64,000 bases of DNA from positions 248,001-312,000 of IMG/VR virus record IMGVR_UViG_3300024259_002152; one strand, written 5' to 3'. The position numbers and the translations under genes were made by a program. This document shows, in pieces, positions 1-9,181 of the stretch. Under the pieces are notes generated by a model, which saw only the letters and a list, made by a program, of their open reading frames with translations, did no database searches and had not been told where the DNA came from. Positions within the stretch are counted from its first letter, which is position 1. Every line of letters starts with the position of its first letter.

Positions 1-2
1 TA

Positions 3-467
3 TCTGATGAAATATCCATGCTTTTTGATGATTCTCCGAGTTATACAGAATCTTTAGGTGTAGATGATTCTGATATGATGATAGGAGCTTCAGATAATGA
101 TGATTTATCGACCAACGGATTATTGAAGGGGATAATTACCCCTGATGCGGGAGATGATGGAGATAGAGCTACGGTTTGTACTGTGAACGGTTCGGCAATG
201 CCTTCTTCCTCTACTCCTACTTCGAGTTCTGCTTTGAGACAAAGAAAGTCCATTACTCCTGTCAAGCAATTAGAGATAGGCGCAGGAGCATTAATACAAC
301 AACGTGTTTATGATGATCCTAAGGTATTGACTTATTGGGAAGAAAAACCTGCTGGTATGATTTATATCAATTACTGCGATGAAGAAACAAAGAAACGAAT
401 TTTAGATGCTGGTAGAAGAGCAGATGAAAAAGACGGATTTATGCAGGATATTAAAGTAGGTGGATGA
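3..467 (+). CDS. hypothetical protein, probably 5'-truncated by window edge
   Basis: Frame open from position 3 to TGA at 465-467; C-terminal GAGALIQQRVYDDP..YW segment looks conserved. Confidence 0.6.
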   Translation, partial: SDEISMLFDDSPSYTESLGVDDSDMMIGASDNDDLSTNGLLKGIITPDAGDDGDRATVCTVNGSAMPSSSTPTSSSALRQRKSITPVKQLEIGAGALIQQRVYDDPKVLTYWEEKPAGMIYINYCDEETKKRILDAGRRADEKDGFMQDIKVGG

Positions 468-494
468 TAGGGCTCAATAGAGAGAGCAGGACAT

Positions 495-534
495 AAAGGG
501 ACTATTTTTTACATAATGTGGGAATAGTCCCTTT
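495..534. terminator. bidirectional intrinsic terminator candidate
   Basis: 12-bp inverted repeat AAAGGGACTATT (495-506) / AATAGTCCCTTT (523-534) between convergent genes. Confidence 0.7.
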
Positions 535-926
535 TATATTGATACAGATTTTAAAGTTGCAAAAGTTAAAGCTCTTGAGAGATCTTTTGTTTGTATTTCA
601 TCTTTGATAAGATAGTCTTTGATACCTAGTAGCCATGCTTTTCTACCAACGGAGTAATCTTCTAATCCTGTTAAGACAATAACTGGTGTGTTCTGGTTGT
701 GTTTTTCTAGGTGCTCTAATGTAGTTTCTACTGTTTCTATCCCATCTGTTTCGGGCAATCCTAAGTCAAGGATGATAGCATCGAAAGTAGTCGAGGCCAT
801 TTTTTTAAGTCCATCTTGTAGGCAATTTGATTCATCACAAACCATTACTCTTCCGTTCATTTGTTTAAGATGATTAATGATTAGATCTCTATCTTCTTTA
901 CTGTCATCTATTATTAATATCTTCAT
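534..926 (-). CDS. stand-alone response regulator (REC domain)
   Basis: KILIIDD, IILDLGLP (phospho-Asp), VIVLTG, YLIK; ATG at 926 follows the stop of the upstream gene. Confidence 0.9.
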   Translation of the reverse strand: MKILIIDDSKEDRDLIINHLKQMNGRVMVCDESNCLQDGLKKMASTTFDAIILDLGLPETDGIETVETTLEHLEKHNQNTPVIVLTGLEDYSVGRKAWLLGIKDYLIKDEIQTKDLSRALTFATLKSVSI

Positions 927-927
927 T

Positions 928-1398
928 TTACTCAATGTCCTTTCCATCTATAAAGCAAAAATTGTTATTATTGGGCAATTCATTTGATTTAAACCAATAC
1001 TTTCCTATAAGACCAACTTTATCATATAACTCTTGAATATCAAAAGTTTTAGTGATATATGAGTTGGCATGTAATTTGTATGTTTCTTCTATGTCAGGAG
1101 GAAAATCAGAAGTGGTGAATATAATAACTGGTATTACTTTATAGGCGTCATCAGTTTTAATAATTTTTAATATTTCTTTGCCATTAATATTTGGTATATT
1201 TATATCTAAAATAATGATATGGGGAGTTGGAGCAGACTCAAAGTTGCCTTTTTTATAGAGAAAATTTAAAGCATCGCTTCCATTACTAATATTTATCACA
1301 TCTAATGAAAGATTTGGGATCTTAGATAGAGCTTGTCTAAGTAGCTCAAAATCGGCTTCATTATCCTCTATAGATAATATTGTAAATCTCTTAGCCAT
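928..1398 (-). CDS. response regulator, Rcp1-like REC domain
   Basis: ILSIEDN, ILLDINIP, IPVIIFTTS, ANSYITK. Confidence 0.9.
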   Translation of the reverse strand: MAKRFTILSIEDNEADFELLRQALSKIPNLSLDVINISNGSDALNFLYKKGNFESAPTPHIIILDINIPNINGKEILKIIKTDDAYKVIPVIIFTTSDFPPDIEETYKLHANSYITKTFDIQELYDKVGLIGKYWFKSNELPNNNNFCFIDGKDIE

Positions 1399-1473
1399 AT
1401 TTTTAGATTCCTAATTCATATGGGAACGAATACTTATAGATTTCAGTATTTTTACTTGGAATCCTTTTTTTAT

Positions 1474-1501
1474 TTGAAAGTGAAAATAAGTTGATTATAA
1501 T
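1474..1501 (+). promoter_or_regulatory. sigma70-type promoter, GTGAAA class
   Basis: TTGAAA-GTGAAAATAAGTTGAT(16)-TATAAT; architecture recurs at 18754, 20962, 24875, 33546, 39518. Confidence 0.75.
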
Positions 1502-1539
1502 GTGAAAATGAATAAAACTTATAGATATAAGGAGAAAAT

Positions 1540-2499
1540 ATGAATAAAGGTAATATTCCTGTGATAAATATTAGTGGAAAAACCATCCCTGAGGCTTGGG
1601 AAAAGGCTGTTTTGGCTGTTTGGGAGAGTGGTTCGAAAGTGAAAACCCAATATGATAAACCAGAAGATCCCCCAAGTTGTGACGCTACGGTTATTGTGAC
1701 AGTGGAGAATCCTTTTGCTGAGCCAAGAATTCATAAGAATTTTCCTGGGGGCCCAGAGGAGTTAGAATCTTATAGACAAGAGGTTGTAGAGGGCATACAT
1801 GATCATTGGATTAATCCTGAGGAGAAAAAATGGACTTATACATATCATGAGAGATTATTTAGATATACTCCTTGTGAAGATTTAAGTAAATCTGATTCTC
1901 CTCGTCCTTTTATACCTATTGACCAGATACAATATATCATAGATTATATGGCTAAATCAGGCTATACAAGACGAGCACAAGCCATTACGTGGCAGCCTAC
2001 CTGTGACCCTCAAACATATGATCCACCATGCCTACAGAGGATCTGGTGCCGTATGATGGATGATGAGGATGGTAATCCTATTTTGAATATGAATACTCAT
2101 TGGAGAAGTCGAGACTTATATAAAGCGTGGTTTATGAATGTTTATGCCCTGACTGATTTGCAAAGAATAATGGCCAAAAAAATAGGAGAAAAAATAGGAA
2201 AAACTGTCAAAGTGGGGAGATATGTAGATATAAGTGATTCTCTTCATCTTTATGGTAGTTATTTCGGGGAAATAGAACCAGAAATAAAAAAGATGAAAGA
2301 AAAACCTATATTTGCTGATAATGTAGTGGCTGATACCATGATGGTTGATTATACTCCTTCTTACTTAAAATCTATTCAAGAGAATTTAGAGCAGAGGACT
2401 TATAGTTCTGATCATTCTACTTTTGAGATAATGACAAAGGAAGCTAGGAATAATTTGCAGAAAGATCCAGATTTTTATGCTAAAGGAAGTAAGATATAA
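1540..2499 (+). CDS. thyA: thymidylate synthase-like protein (archaeal-type ThyA)
   Basis: YTYHERL, TRRA, PPCLQ catalytic Cys, WRSRD...N, SLHLY. Confidence 0.8.
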   Translation: MNKGNIPVINISGKTIPEAWEKAVLAVWESGSKVKTQYDKPEDPPSCDATVIVTVENPFAEPRIHKNFPGGPEELESYRQEVVEGIHDHWINPEEKKWTYTYHERLFRYTPCEDLSKSDSPRPFIPIDQIQYIIDYMAKSGYTRRAQAITWQPTCDPQTYDPPCLQRIWCRMMDDEDGNPILNMNTHWRSRDLYKAWFMNVYALTDLQRIMAKKIGEKIGKTVKVGRYVDISDSLHLYGSYFGEIEPEIKKMKEKPIFADNVVADTMMVDYTPSYLKSIQENLEQRTYSSDHSTFEIMTKEARNNLQKDPDFYAKGSKI

Positions 2500-2768
2500 T
2501 GGAATTTGTAGATAAAAATTTTGGTAGAGTTCTTCTTTTAGAAGAGCATGATTGTATAGCGGGAACATATTGTGGGGGGCATTCTGATAGAATGGAAAAA
2601 TGTGATATTGTTGCTATGAGGAATTTAGATACGAAAAAAGTTACAATATTTAAAAGTAGAAACACATCATCCGAAGATTGTAGAGTCAAACAGTTTGTTC
2701 TTAATTGGGGAATAGAGCAAAAAGTTTTTGAGCCAATAAAGAGTAGATTTGAGATTTTGGATTTATAA
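2499..2768 (+). CDS. hypothetical protein with C-terminal RFEILDL tag
   Basis: Ends PIKSRFEILDL; paralog of next gene. Confidence 0.8.
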   Translation: MEFVDKNFGRVLLLEEHDCIAGTYCGGHSDRMEKCDIVAMRNLDTKKVTIFKSRNTSSEDCRVKQFVLNWGIEQKVFEPIKSRFEILDL

Positions 2769-2769
2769 A

Positions 2770-3078
2770 ATGATTGAATTTGAACATGAAAAATATGGTA
2801 AAGTATTGATTTATGAAGTTGAAGACATGAAGAAAAAATCGTGTTTTTTGTCTATGGAGAATATAGAGGAAATACCTATCTCAGAATTCAATATAGAAGA
2901 ACTTCAGAAACTATCAGAAGCTTGTGTCGTTGGAGTTAGGAATATTAAGAATAGAAAGGTTGTAGTAATAAAAAATCGTTATGGACGATTAGATGATAAT
3001 GAAATAGAACAATTTATTCTTAATTATGGAATAAAAAAAGATCCAATCAACGATAGGTTTGAGATTTTGGATTTATAA
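2770..3078 (+). CDS. hypothetical protein with C-terminal RFEILDL tag
   Basis: Ends PINDRFEILDL; ATG at 2770 follows previous stop. Confidence 0.8.
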   Translation: MIEFEHEKYGKVLIYEVEDMKKKSCFLSMENIEEIPISEFNIEELQKLSEACVVGVRNIKNRKVVVIKNRYGRLDDNEIEQFILNYGIKKDPINDRFEILDL

Positions 3079-3079
3079 A

Positions 3080-3388
3080 ATGAATAGAATAGATTTATTG
3101 ATATTTGAAGATGCTCAAGAAGAAAAAGATAGAAGAGCAAAGCAAAAAGCTGACAGAGAGAAAAGACTTCAAGAAATAGAAGATAAAGGGTGTTGTGAGT
3201 GTTGTAAGCAATTTGGACGGGAGAATAGGAAAGAAATAGAATGGGTAGGGTCTATGACTCGTTATCATTGGGATATAGATAAAGATCCATTTGTAGATCC
3301 TAATAGATCATTGTTTTTATGTCCAGAATGTGCTGAAGAACATTGTAATCATATGAGCGACATGTGGCAAGCATATTATGGCGGATAG
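3080..3388 (+). CDS. hypothetical Cys-rich (putative Zn-binding) protein
   Basis: CCECC and CPEC; starts MNRIDLLIFEDA. Confidence 0.75.
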   Translation: MNRIDLLIFEDAQEEKDRRAKQKADREKRLQEIEDKGCCECCKQFGRENRKEIEWVGSMTRYHWDIDKDPFVDPNRSLFLCPECAEEHCNHMSDMWQAYYGG

Positions 3389-3707
3389 TTATAACGACAG
3401 ATTTGAGTTGTTGATTTTTGAAGATGCTATTGACTATGTAGAGAGAAAGCGCAAAGAAAAAGAAGAGCTTCATAGAAAAGCAGAACTATATAAAAGAGAG
3501 ATTGAGAAACAAGGAGTTTGTGAAGGTTGTGGTGAAAAAGGGCAGTTAAGGTGGATCAGCTATGGCGAAATATATAGTTGTTACGATTGTTTTGTTCATG
3601 ATTTAGATTGTAGGGCAAGTGTGATGGTGCCCATGAGAAGTGCCGAAAGTTTATCAGAATATCTAAGCGAAGGAGAATGGGAAGAATTGTGGGAAATGAA
3701 TAAATAA
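3378..3707 (+). CDS. hypothetical Zn-finger-like protein
   Basis: CEGC...CYDC; starts MADSYNDRFELLIFEDA. Confidence 0.75.
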   Translation: MADSYNDRFELLIFEDAIDYVERKRKEKEELHRKAELYKREIEKQGVCEGCGEKGQLRWISYGEIYSCYDCFVHDLDCRASVMVPMRSAESLSEYLSEGEWEELWEMNK

Positions 3708-3708
3708 T

Positions 3709-4734
3709 ATGTGCCTCACAAGAGAACAATTTAGAAATGGAGTATTTAATAGAGATAACAATCAATGTGTTATTTGCGGGGAATCTACGGGATTAGATGC
3801 CCACCACATAACAGAGAGAAGATTATGGGGACCATCTCAAGGATATTATTTGTCTAATGGTGCTACTTTATGTTCCAAACATCATATCGAGGCAGAACAA
3901 ACCATTCTTGGCTGTGAAGAAATTAGAAAAGCCGCAGGCATTAAAGAGATACTATTGCCAGAGCATTTATATGAAGAATATAATTACACCAAATGGGGGG
4001 ATATTGTTCTGCCAACTGGTATGAGACTAAAAGGAGAATTATTTTATGATGAATCTGTGCAAAAGATTTTAAAATCGGGAAATGTTTTAGATATTTATTC
4101 TGATTATGTGAAATATCCTAGGACAATGCATCTTCACTTTTCTTCTAAGGTTACAGAAGATGATAGAATTTTAGATGATGCTTCTTGTTTTGTCGGTAAA
4201 AGAATTATTGTAACAGAAAAGTTTGATGGAGAATGCTCAACTCTTTATGCTAATTATATGCATGCCAGATCTATTGATGGAGAGAATCATCCTTCTAGGA
4301 ATTGGTTGAAAGGTTTTCATAGTAAAATGGGATACAATATCCCTGAAGGATGGAGAGTATGCGGAGAAAATGTATATGCTAAACATACTATATATTATGA
4401 TAATTTAGATACTTATTTCTATGTTTTTTCTATATGGGATCAAAGGAATAATTGCTTGAGTTGGGACGATACTATAGAGTGGTCTCAACTCTTAGACCTT
4501 CAATTAGTTCCTGTCATATATGATGGGATTTGGGACGAAAAAATAGTCAAAGGGTTTTGTAATGACGATAAAAGAGAGGGTTTTGTTGTTAGGATAGCAG
4601 ATGGTTTTTCTTACGGAGAATTTAGAAAGTTTGTAGCTAAATATGTTAATCCTATATTTAAAGATAAATTGAACGAAGAAGATACTTATCATTGGAGATA
4701 TAGTGCTATGACACTTAATAGATTGGCAAAATGA
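3709..4734 (+). CDS. HNH-domain / ATP-dependent RNA ligase fusion
   Basis: N-term RD..CVICG..AHHI..NGATLC..HH (HNH-like); C-term KYPRT.HL, TEKFDG, EGFVVR, VAKYV nucleotidyltransferase motifs. Confidence 0.85.
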   Translation: MCLTREQFRNGVFNRDNNQCVICGESTGLDAHHITERRLWGPSQGYYLSNGATLCSKHHIEAEQTILGCEEIRKAAGIKEILLPEHLYEEYNYTKWGDIVLPTGMRLKGELFYDESVQKILKSGNVLDIYSDYVKYPRTMHLHFSSKVTEDDRILDDASCFVGKRIIVTEKFDGECSTLYANYMHARSIDGENHPSRNWLKGFHSKMGYNIPEGWRVCGENVYAKHTIYYDNLDTYFYVFSIWDQRNNCLSWDDTIEWSQLLDLQLVPVIYDGIWDEKIVKGFCNDDKREGFVVRIADGFSYGEFRKFVAKYVNPIFKDKLNEEDTYHWRYSAMTLNRLAK

Positions 4735-4988
4735 TGAAAGTAATTATGGAAATGGAGTTGGTATTTCCTTATAGAATATCTATGGGAATATTAGTAGAGT
4801 TTTGTTATTTGTGGAATACTACACTAATTTGTGGAGGAACAAGGAAAATCAAATCTATTATCTCAATGCCTTCTCACCATTTTAAACGTATTTTTGGAGT
4901 TAGTCCTGAAAAAAAAGAATATCCCGTTCCACGGGGTATGGAAAAATTTATTAGTAAGGTAGTAGTTAAAGGCACAAAGAAGAGATAA
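4731..4988 (+). CDS. hypothetical protein
   Basis: ORF overlapping upstream stop. Confidence 0.65.
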   Translation: MMKVIMEMELVFPYRISMGILVEFCYLWNTTLICGGTRKIKSIISMPSHHFKRIFGVSPEKKEYPVPRGMEKFISKVVVKGTKKR

Positions 4989-4996
4989 GGGAAATT

Positions 4997-5761
4997 GTGT
5001 TAAAACAAAATGAAGTATATTGCGGAGATTGTTGTGATTTGTTAAAGCAAATAGATGGTGGAGCAATAGATTTAATAGTCACTAGTCCGCCGTATGATGG
5101 GTTAAGGGATTATGAGGGTTATACTTTTGATTTTGAACCCATAGCAAAAGAGTTATACAGGGTGGTTAAAAATGGTGGAGTAGTCGTATGGGTTGTTGGT
5201 GATGAGGTTAAGAATGGCAGTGAGACAGGTACCAGTTTTAAACAGGCTCTTTATTTTAAAGAAATAGGATTTAACCTTCATGACACTATGATATATAAAA
5301 AGAATAGTAGCACATTTCCCGCTAGGAGAAATGGGAACAGATACTCACAGATTTTTGAATATATGTTTGTATTTAGTAAAGGCAAGCCAAAAGCCAATTT
5401 AATTTGCGATAAAATAAATAAATGGGCAGGATATACATCTTTTGATGGAAAAATTCCTGAGGTTCCCGAACTGTCCCCTCGAACTAATATATGGGAGTAT
5501 ACTACTTCTTTTAATGATAAAAATGATCATCCAGCAGTATTCCCTGAACAACTAGCAAAGGATCATATTCTAACTTGGAGCAAACAAAGCGATTTAATAT
5601 TAGATCCATTTTGTGGTAGTGGCACAACATTAAAGATGGCATATATTAATTATAGAAAATATATTGGTATTGATATTTCTCAAAGATATTGCGATATGGC
5701 TAAGTCACGGATAGAAAAGACTCGAACCCCATTAGAAATGAATATGTTTCAGGAAGAATAA
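4997..5761 (+). CDS. DNA N4/N6 methyltransferase, beta class
   Basis: TSPPY before HPAVFP and DPFCGSGT. Confidence 0.92.
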   Translation: MLKQNEVYCGDCCDLLKQIDGGAIDLIVTSPPYDGLRDYEGYTFDFEPIAKELYRVVKNGGVVVWVVGDEVKNGSETGTSFKQALYFKEIGFNLHDTMIYKKNSSTFPARRNGNRYSQIFEYMFVFSKGKPKANLICDKINKWAGYTSFDGKIPEVPELSPRTNIWEYTTSFNDKNDHPAVFPEQLAKDHILTWSKQSDLILDPFCGSGTTLKMAYINYRKYIGIDISQRYCDMAKSRIEKTRTPLEMNMFQEE

Positions 5762-5765
5762 ATAA

Positions 5766-6368
5766 ATGAAAATAAATGATCCGAACAAAATAGTTTTAGC
5801 AGTTAAAAAGAAAGATAAGTTACGGCTCGGCTGCGACTTGGACGGAGTTTTGGCGCACTGGGAAAAATCAGCAGCAAAAACTTGTGGTATTGATTATGAA
5901 GATAAACAGATTAGGGAAGAAATAAAAAATGGAAAAAGAATAGAAGAATTTGTAGGGGGAGACCCAAAGATGTGGAGTATGATAGATAAAGAGGGAGAAG
6001 AATGGTGGGAAAATTTAGAGAAACTTCCTTGGGCAGATGATCTTATTGATCTGTTGAAGAAAGAAACGAAAGATTTGTTTTTCTTAAGCTCTCCTTCAAA
6101 ATCTCCTATTTGTTATTCTGGAAAAATAAAATGGGTTTTAAAAAATTATCCCAAAATGGATAGAAGTGTATTTTTAGGGTGTAAAAAGCATCTGTTTGCT
6201 AATCCTAATATTCTGTTGGTAGATGATACAGAGAAGAAGATTAAGGAATTTAGAGATTATGGTGGACATGCTTTTAAATGGCCTTGTCCTTTAAGTATTA
6301 TTGATGGAGATTTAGATATAGAGGATGTTTTACAAGATCTAAAAGATTATCTACAAGAGATAAAATGA
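5766..6368 (+). CDS. HAD-family 5'(3')-deoxyribonucleotidase-like protein
   Basis: DLDGV, SSP, K..W, LVDD. Confidence 0.8.
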   Translation: MKINDPNKIVLAVKKKDKLRLGCDLDGVLAHWEKSAAKTCGIDYEDKQIREEIKNGKRIEEFVGGDPKMWSMIDKEGEEWWENLEKLPWADDLIDLLKKETKDLFFLSSPSKSPICYSGKIKWVLKNYPKMDRSVFLGCKKHLFANPNILLVDDTEKKIKEFRDYGGHAFKWPCPLSIIDGDLDIEDVLQDLKDYLQEIK

Positions 6369-6682
6369 AATATAAAGTTGGTGATAAGGTAAAGATAAGG
6401 ACATGGGACGATATGAGTCGTCTTTATGGAGTGACAGAATATGGGCAGATAGAAGGAACTAAAGACAAACGCTATCCTACTTGTTTTTTTAATAGGTCTA
6501 CAGAAAGAAGATTAGGACAGAACGTTTGTGATAGAATTGTAACAATAAAGAAAGTGTTCGAAAGTTATTATTATATGAGAGAAATAGGTGAGTTTTGGCA
6601 GGACTATATGATTGAATGTTTAGCAGAAGATTATAAAAAACCCGTACGAATCAAAAACCGTTTTGAGATTTTAGATTTATGA
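6365..6682 (+). CDS. hypothetical protein with C-terminal RFEILDL tag
   Basis: Starts KYKVGDKVKIR; ends IKNRFEILDL. Confidence 0.8.
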   Translation: MKYKVGDKVKIRTWDDMSRLYGVTEYGQIEGTKDKRYPTCFFNRSTERRLGQNVCDRIVTIKKVFESYYYMREIGEFWQDYMIECLAEDYKKPVRIKNRFEILDL

Positions 6683-6987
6683 AATATGTAATCAGCGGAA
6701 AAACAGACAATTACGAACTTTATCTAAAAAATAATGGATATTCTACAGGGAAACAAGCTATACATGCTCGTAAGGAATCACATATAAATTCTATTACCGA
6801 AGATGATACTATCGTATTGTTAAATGGGTGGTGGGCAAGGAGTTGGGCTAAAAGTGTTATTAGAGATATAATGAAAGCATATCCTGCAATCACTTTTGAA
6901 TATCTCGATGGAACGTTCGGTAAAAATGAAAGAAATGATTTGAAAAGTGAAAATATATCGAATAGATTTGATATATTAGATTTATGA
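6679..6987 (+). CDS. hypothetical protein with C-terminal RFDILDL tag
   Basis: Ends ISNRFDILDL. Confidence 0.8.
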   Translation: MKYVISGKTDNYELYLKNNGYSTGKQAIHARKESHINSITEDDTIVLLNGWWARSWAKSVIRDIMKAYPAITFEYLDGTFGKNERNDLKSENISNRFDILDL

Positions 6988-6995
6988 GTTTGTGA

Positions 6996-7283
6996 GTGAT
7001 AATGGCATCGGCAAAATTAAAGAATGAAGAACCCCTATTTCCTCCTGAACCAGAATTACCACGTTCTATGTGCCCTGTTTGCGGGAGTCTTGATGTCCAA
7101 ATATCTGATGGGCGAGGTTATTGTCAGAATGAATTATGTCGAGCAGAGATGACTTTTCGTATAGAAGTTGAAGCATGGCCAGATACGGAAATTTCAGAAG
7201 TAAATGGTCAAGCATTTCCTATTATAAAATATAAAGATATAGTAGGTGATATAAAAAATAGATTCAAACTCTTGGATTTATGA
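6996..7283 (+). CDS. Zn-ribbon protein with C-terminal RFKLLDL tag
   Basis: CPVC...CQNELC; ends IKNRFKLLDL. Confidence 0.75.
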   Translation: MIMASAKLKNEEPLFPPEPELPRSMCPVCGSLDVQISDGRGYCQNELCRAEMTFRIEVEAWPDTEISEVNGQAFPIIKYKDIVGDIKNRFKLLDL

Positions 7284-7293
7284 GGTTATAAAT

Positions 7294-7617
7294 ATGATAT
7301 TAGCAATTATTCCATTAATACCAGCAGCATACGTTGCGGGAGGATTAGTGGTTGGAGGGGTTGCTGGATGGTTAAAAGGTCGTAAAAAGAAGAAAAAAGA
7401 ACAAAAAGTTCAAGAAGATATTCTAAAAAAATTGGAAGATATAGAGACAGCCCAAAAAAAGCAAGAGCAGGATGTTAAAGATAATACTTTAGGAGAAGAT
7501 GAGGAAGAAGATGCAGAGTTTTCTTTTACTCTTTATCCTAAAAGAGCCAAACAATCTAAAAAAGACGATATAGTTAGTAGCGGTGGGGATGAGAGATTTG
7601 AAATTTTAGACCTTTAG
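7294..7617 (+). CDS. membrane-anchored protein with C-terminal RFEILDL tag
   Basis: Gly-rich N-terminal hydrophobic helix, basic cluster, ends DERFEILDL. Confidence 0.8.
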   Translation: MILAIIPLIPAAYVAGGLVVGGVAGWLKGRKKKKKEQKVQEDILKKLEDIETAQKKQEQDVKDNTLGEDEEEDAEFSFTLYPKRAKQSKKDDIVSSGGDERFEILDL

Positions 7618-7640
7618 AAAAAATAGAAAAGGAGATAATT

Positions 7641-7847
7641 ATGTATAATCCGTATGATAAAGATACACAACAGAAAATAGGATTAATATTCTTTATTTTT
7701 GTATTAATTTTGACAATAGCATTTGTTATTGCAAAATTAGCAGCAGTTATTACGTTCGGATGGTTGTGGGTTTTTGCTCCTATTTGGCTTCCTACGGGAT
7801 TGGGAATTCTTATGGGAATTTTGGGCATTAAACCCCCTGGGGCTTGA
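7641..7847 (+). CDS. small membrane protein
   Basis: Hydrophobic, KLA..I..GWLWVFAPIW; AGGAG RBS. Confidence 0.75.
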   Translation: MYNPYDKDTQQKIGLIFFIFVLILTIAFVIAKLAAVITFGWLWVFAPIWLPTGLGILMGILGIKPPGA

Positions 7848-7874
7848 TAATGATTTGAAAAGGAGAATTTGAAA

Positions 7875-8198
7875 ATGTTAAAAGAACTTACAGATAATAA
7901 TTTTCAACAAGAAGTAATGGATGATGGGGGAGTTGTTCTTGTTGATTTTTATGCTGAATGGTGCAGTCCTTGTAAGGTGCTAGCTAAAACGGTCGAAGAG
8001 ATAGAAGAAGATGGTAATAATAATGCTAAAATATGTAAGGCAGATATAGAAGCTAATTTTACGGCTGTTCAAGATTTAAATATAAAGAGTGTTCCTTTCA
8101 TTGTTTTGTATAAAGGGGGTAAAGTTGTTAATCAGCATGTAGGGCTTCGCTCTAAGCAAGATTTGCAAAGAGATATAAGTGAGGCTCATAATGGATGA
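7875..8198 (+). CDS. trxA: thioredoxin
   Basis: VLVDFYAEWCSPCK, SVP. Confidence 0.92.
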   Translation: MLKELTDNNFQQEVMDDGGVVLVDFYAEWCSPCKVLAKTVEEIEEDGNNNAKICKADIEANFTAVQDLNIKSVPFIVLYKGGKVVNQHVGLRSKQDLQRDISEAHNG

Positions 8199-8508
8199 GT
8201 ATCAATGGACACTAGAAAAAGCCAGAATTTTGATGGCACAAGAATTAGATATTCCACCTGATGATATTAATACTACGGCCATATATGATAGTATTTTTAG
8301 AGCGATCAGAGAATCTTGTGAAAGTGGTAAAGGAGAAATAGTTTTAACTCTTAAAAATAATGAAGAAGAAAGCGCTATTCTTAATGAAACAGGTGCAGAA
8401 ATTATTAATAGGATATTTAATGATCAACATCCTTTTAGTGACATAGCTCAAAATTATAAAGAATGGTATGTAAATTATGTCATGAATAAAATGGATGAAG
8501 GAGATTAA
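8191..8508 (+). CDS. hypothetical protein
   Basis: ORF with GAGG RBS overlapping trxA end. Confidence 0.7.
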   Translation: MDEYQWTLEKARILMAQELDIPPDDINTTAIYDSIFRAIRESCESGKGEIVLTLKNNEEESAILNETGAEIINRIFNDQHPFSDIAQNYKEWYVNYVMNKMDEGD

Positions 8509-8550
8509 TAATGTTTATTTTGCATTGTCATCCATACGGAGAGAGGAATT

Positions 8551-8823
8551 TTGATATTGACTGATTTTGAGAAACTCAAAACAAGAATACAGATAGCTCA
8601 ATCTATTGCAATTACTCCTGATGAAGTATATGTTATAGAAGAAACTAAACAAATTGAAGGCGCTCTTTATATTTTAGATAATTTTAAGGGGTATAATTTT
8701 GTATTGCAATTTAATCATATTCCAACAAGACAAGAGGTAAGAGAGCAGGTGAAAGATTTATATTTGTGCGGGGTAGAAATAGATTTTAATGAAGAAATGG
8801 ACGCTATTGAAAATAGCTATTAG
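8551..8823 (+). CDS. hypothetical protein
   Basis: ORF with GAGG RBS. Confidence 0.65.
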   Translation: MILTDFEKLKTRIQIAQSIAITPDEVYVIEETKQIEGALYILDNFKGYNFVLQFNHIPTRQEVREQVKDLYLCGVEIDFNEEMDAIENSY

Positions 8824-9101
8824 ATTTCATTGAAATGTTCTTTTCCTGACTCGTCGGTATAATTCAACAATTTGCCTGCGGTTGAATTAAAAATACCTAT
8901 TATATGTATTTTTTCAGAATGAATTAATCTATGACATTTCACACAGGCACAGACACAATTCATAGAATTGTATTTGCCTCCGTCTTTACCTTCTACTCCC
9001 CATCGGTGGACATCTAATAAAGAGTAGTTAGTTTCTCCGCATATCTGGCAACTTTTGCTTCTTTTTTTGAAGGTTTTTTTATCAACAAATGGTTTTTTCA
9101 T
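8820..9101 (-). CDS. small HNH endonuclease-like protein
   Basis: CQICG, DVHR, GGKY...N, CVKCH..IH. Confidence 0.75.
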   Translation of the reverse strand: MKKPFVDKKTFKKRSKSCQICGETNYSLLDVHRWGVEGKDGGKYNSMNCVCACVKCHRLIHSEKIHIIGIFNSTAGKLLNYTDESGKEHFNEI

Positions 9102-9181
9102 TTTTCTGCTTTAAAAGTGAAAGTAATTAACATATATTTAATCGAGTTAAGACAAAAAATAGTTTAATAAAGGAGTCAATT

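Noticed and set aside
2749-3079. Shared N-terminal peptide MRFWIYKM in two ORF-track proteins
   Set aside because: Artefact of an upstream TTG within the 26-bp repeat; true starts are likely 2770 and 3080
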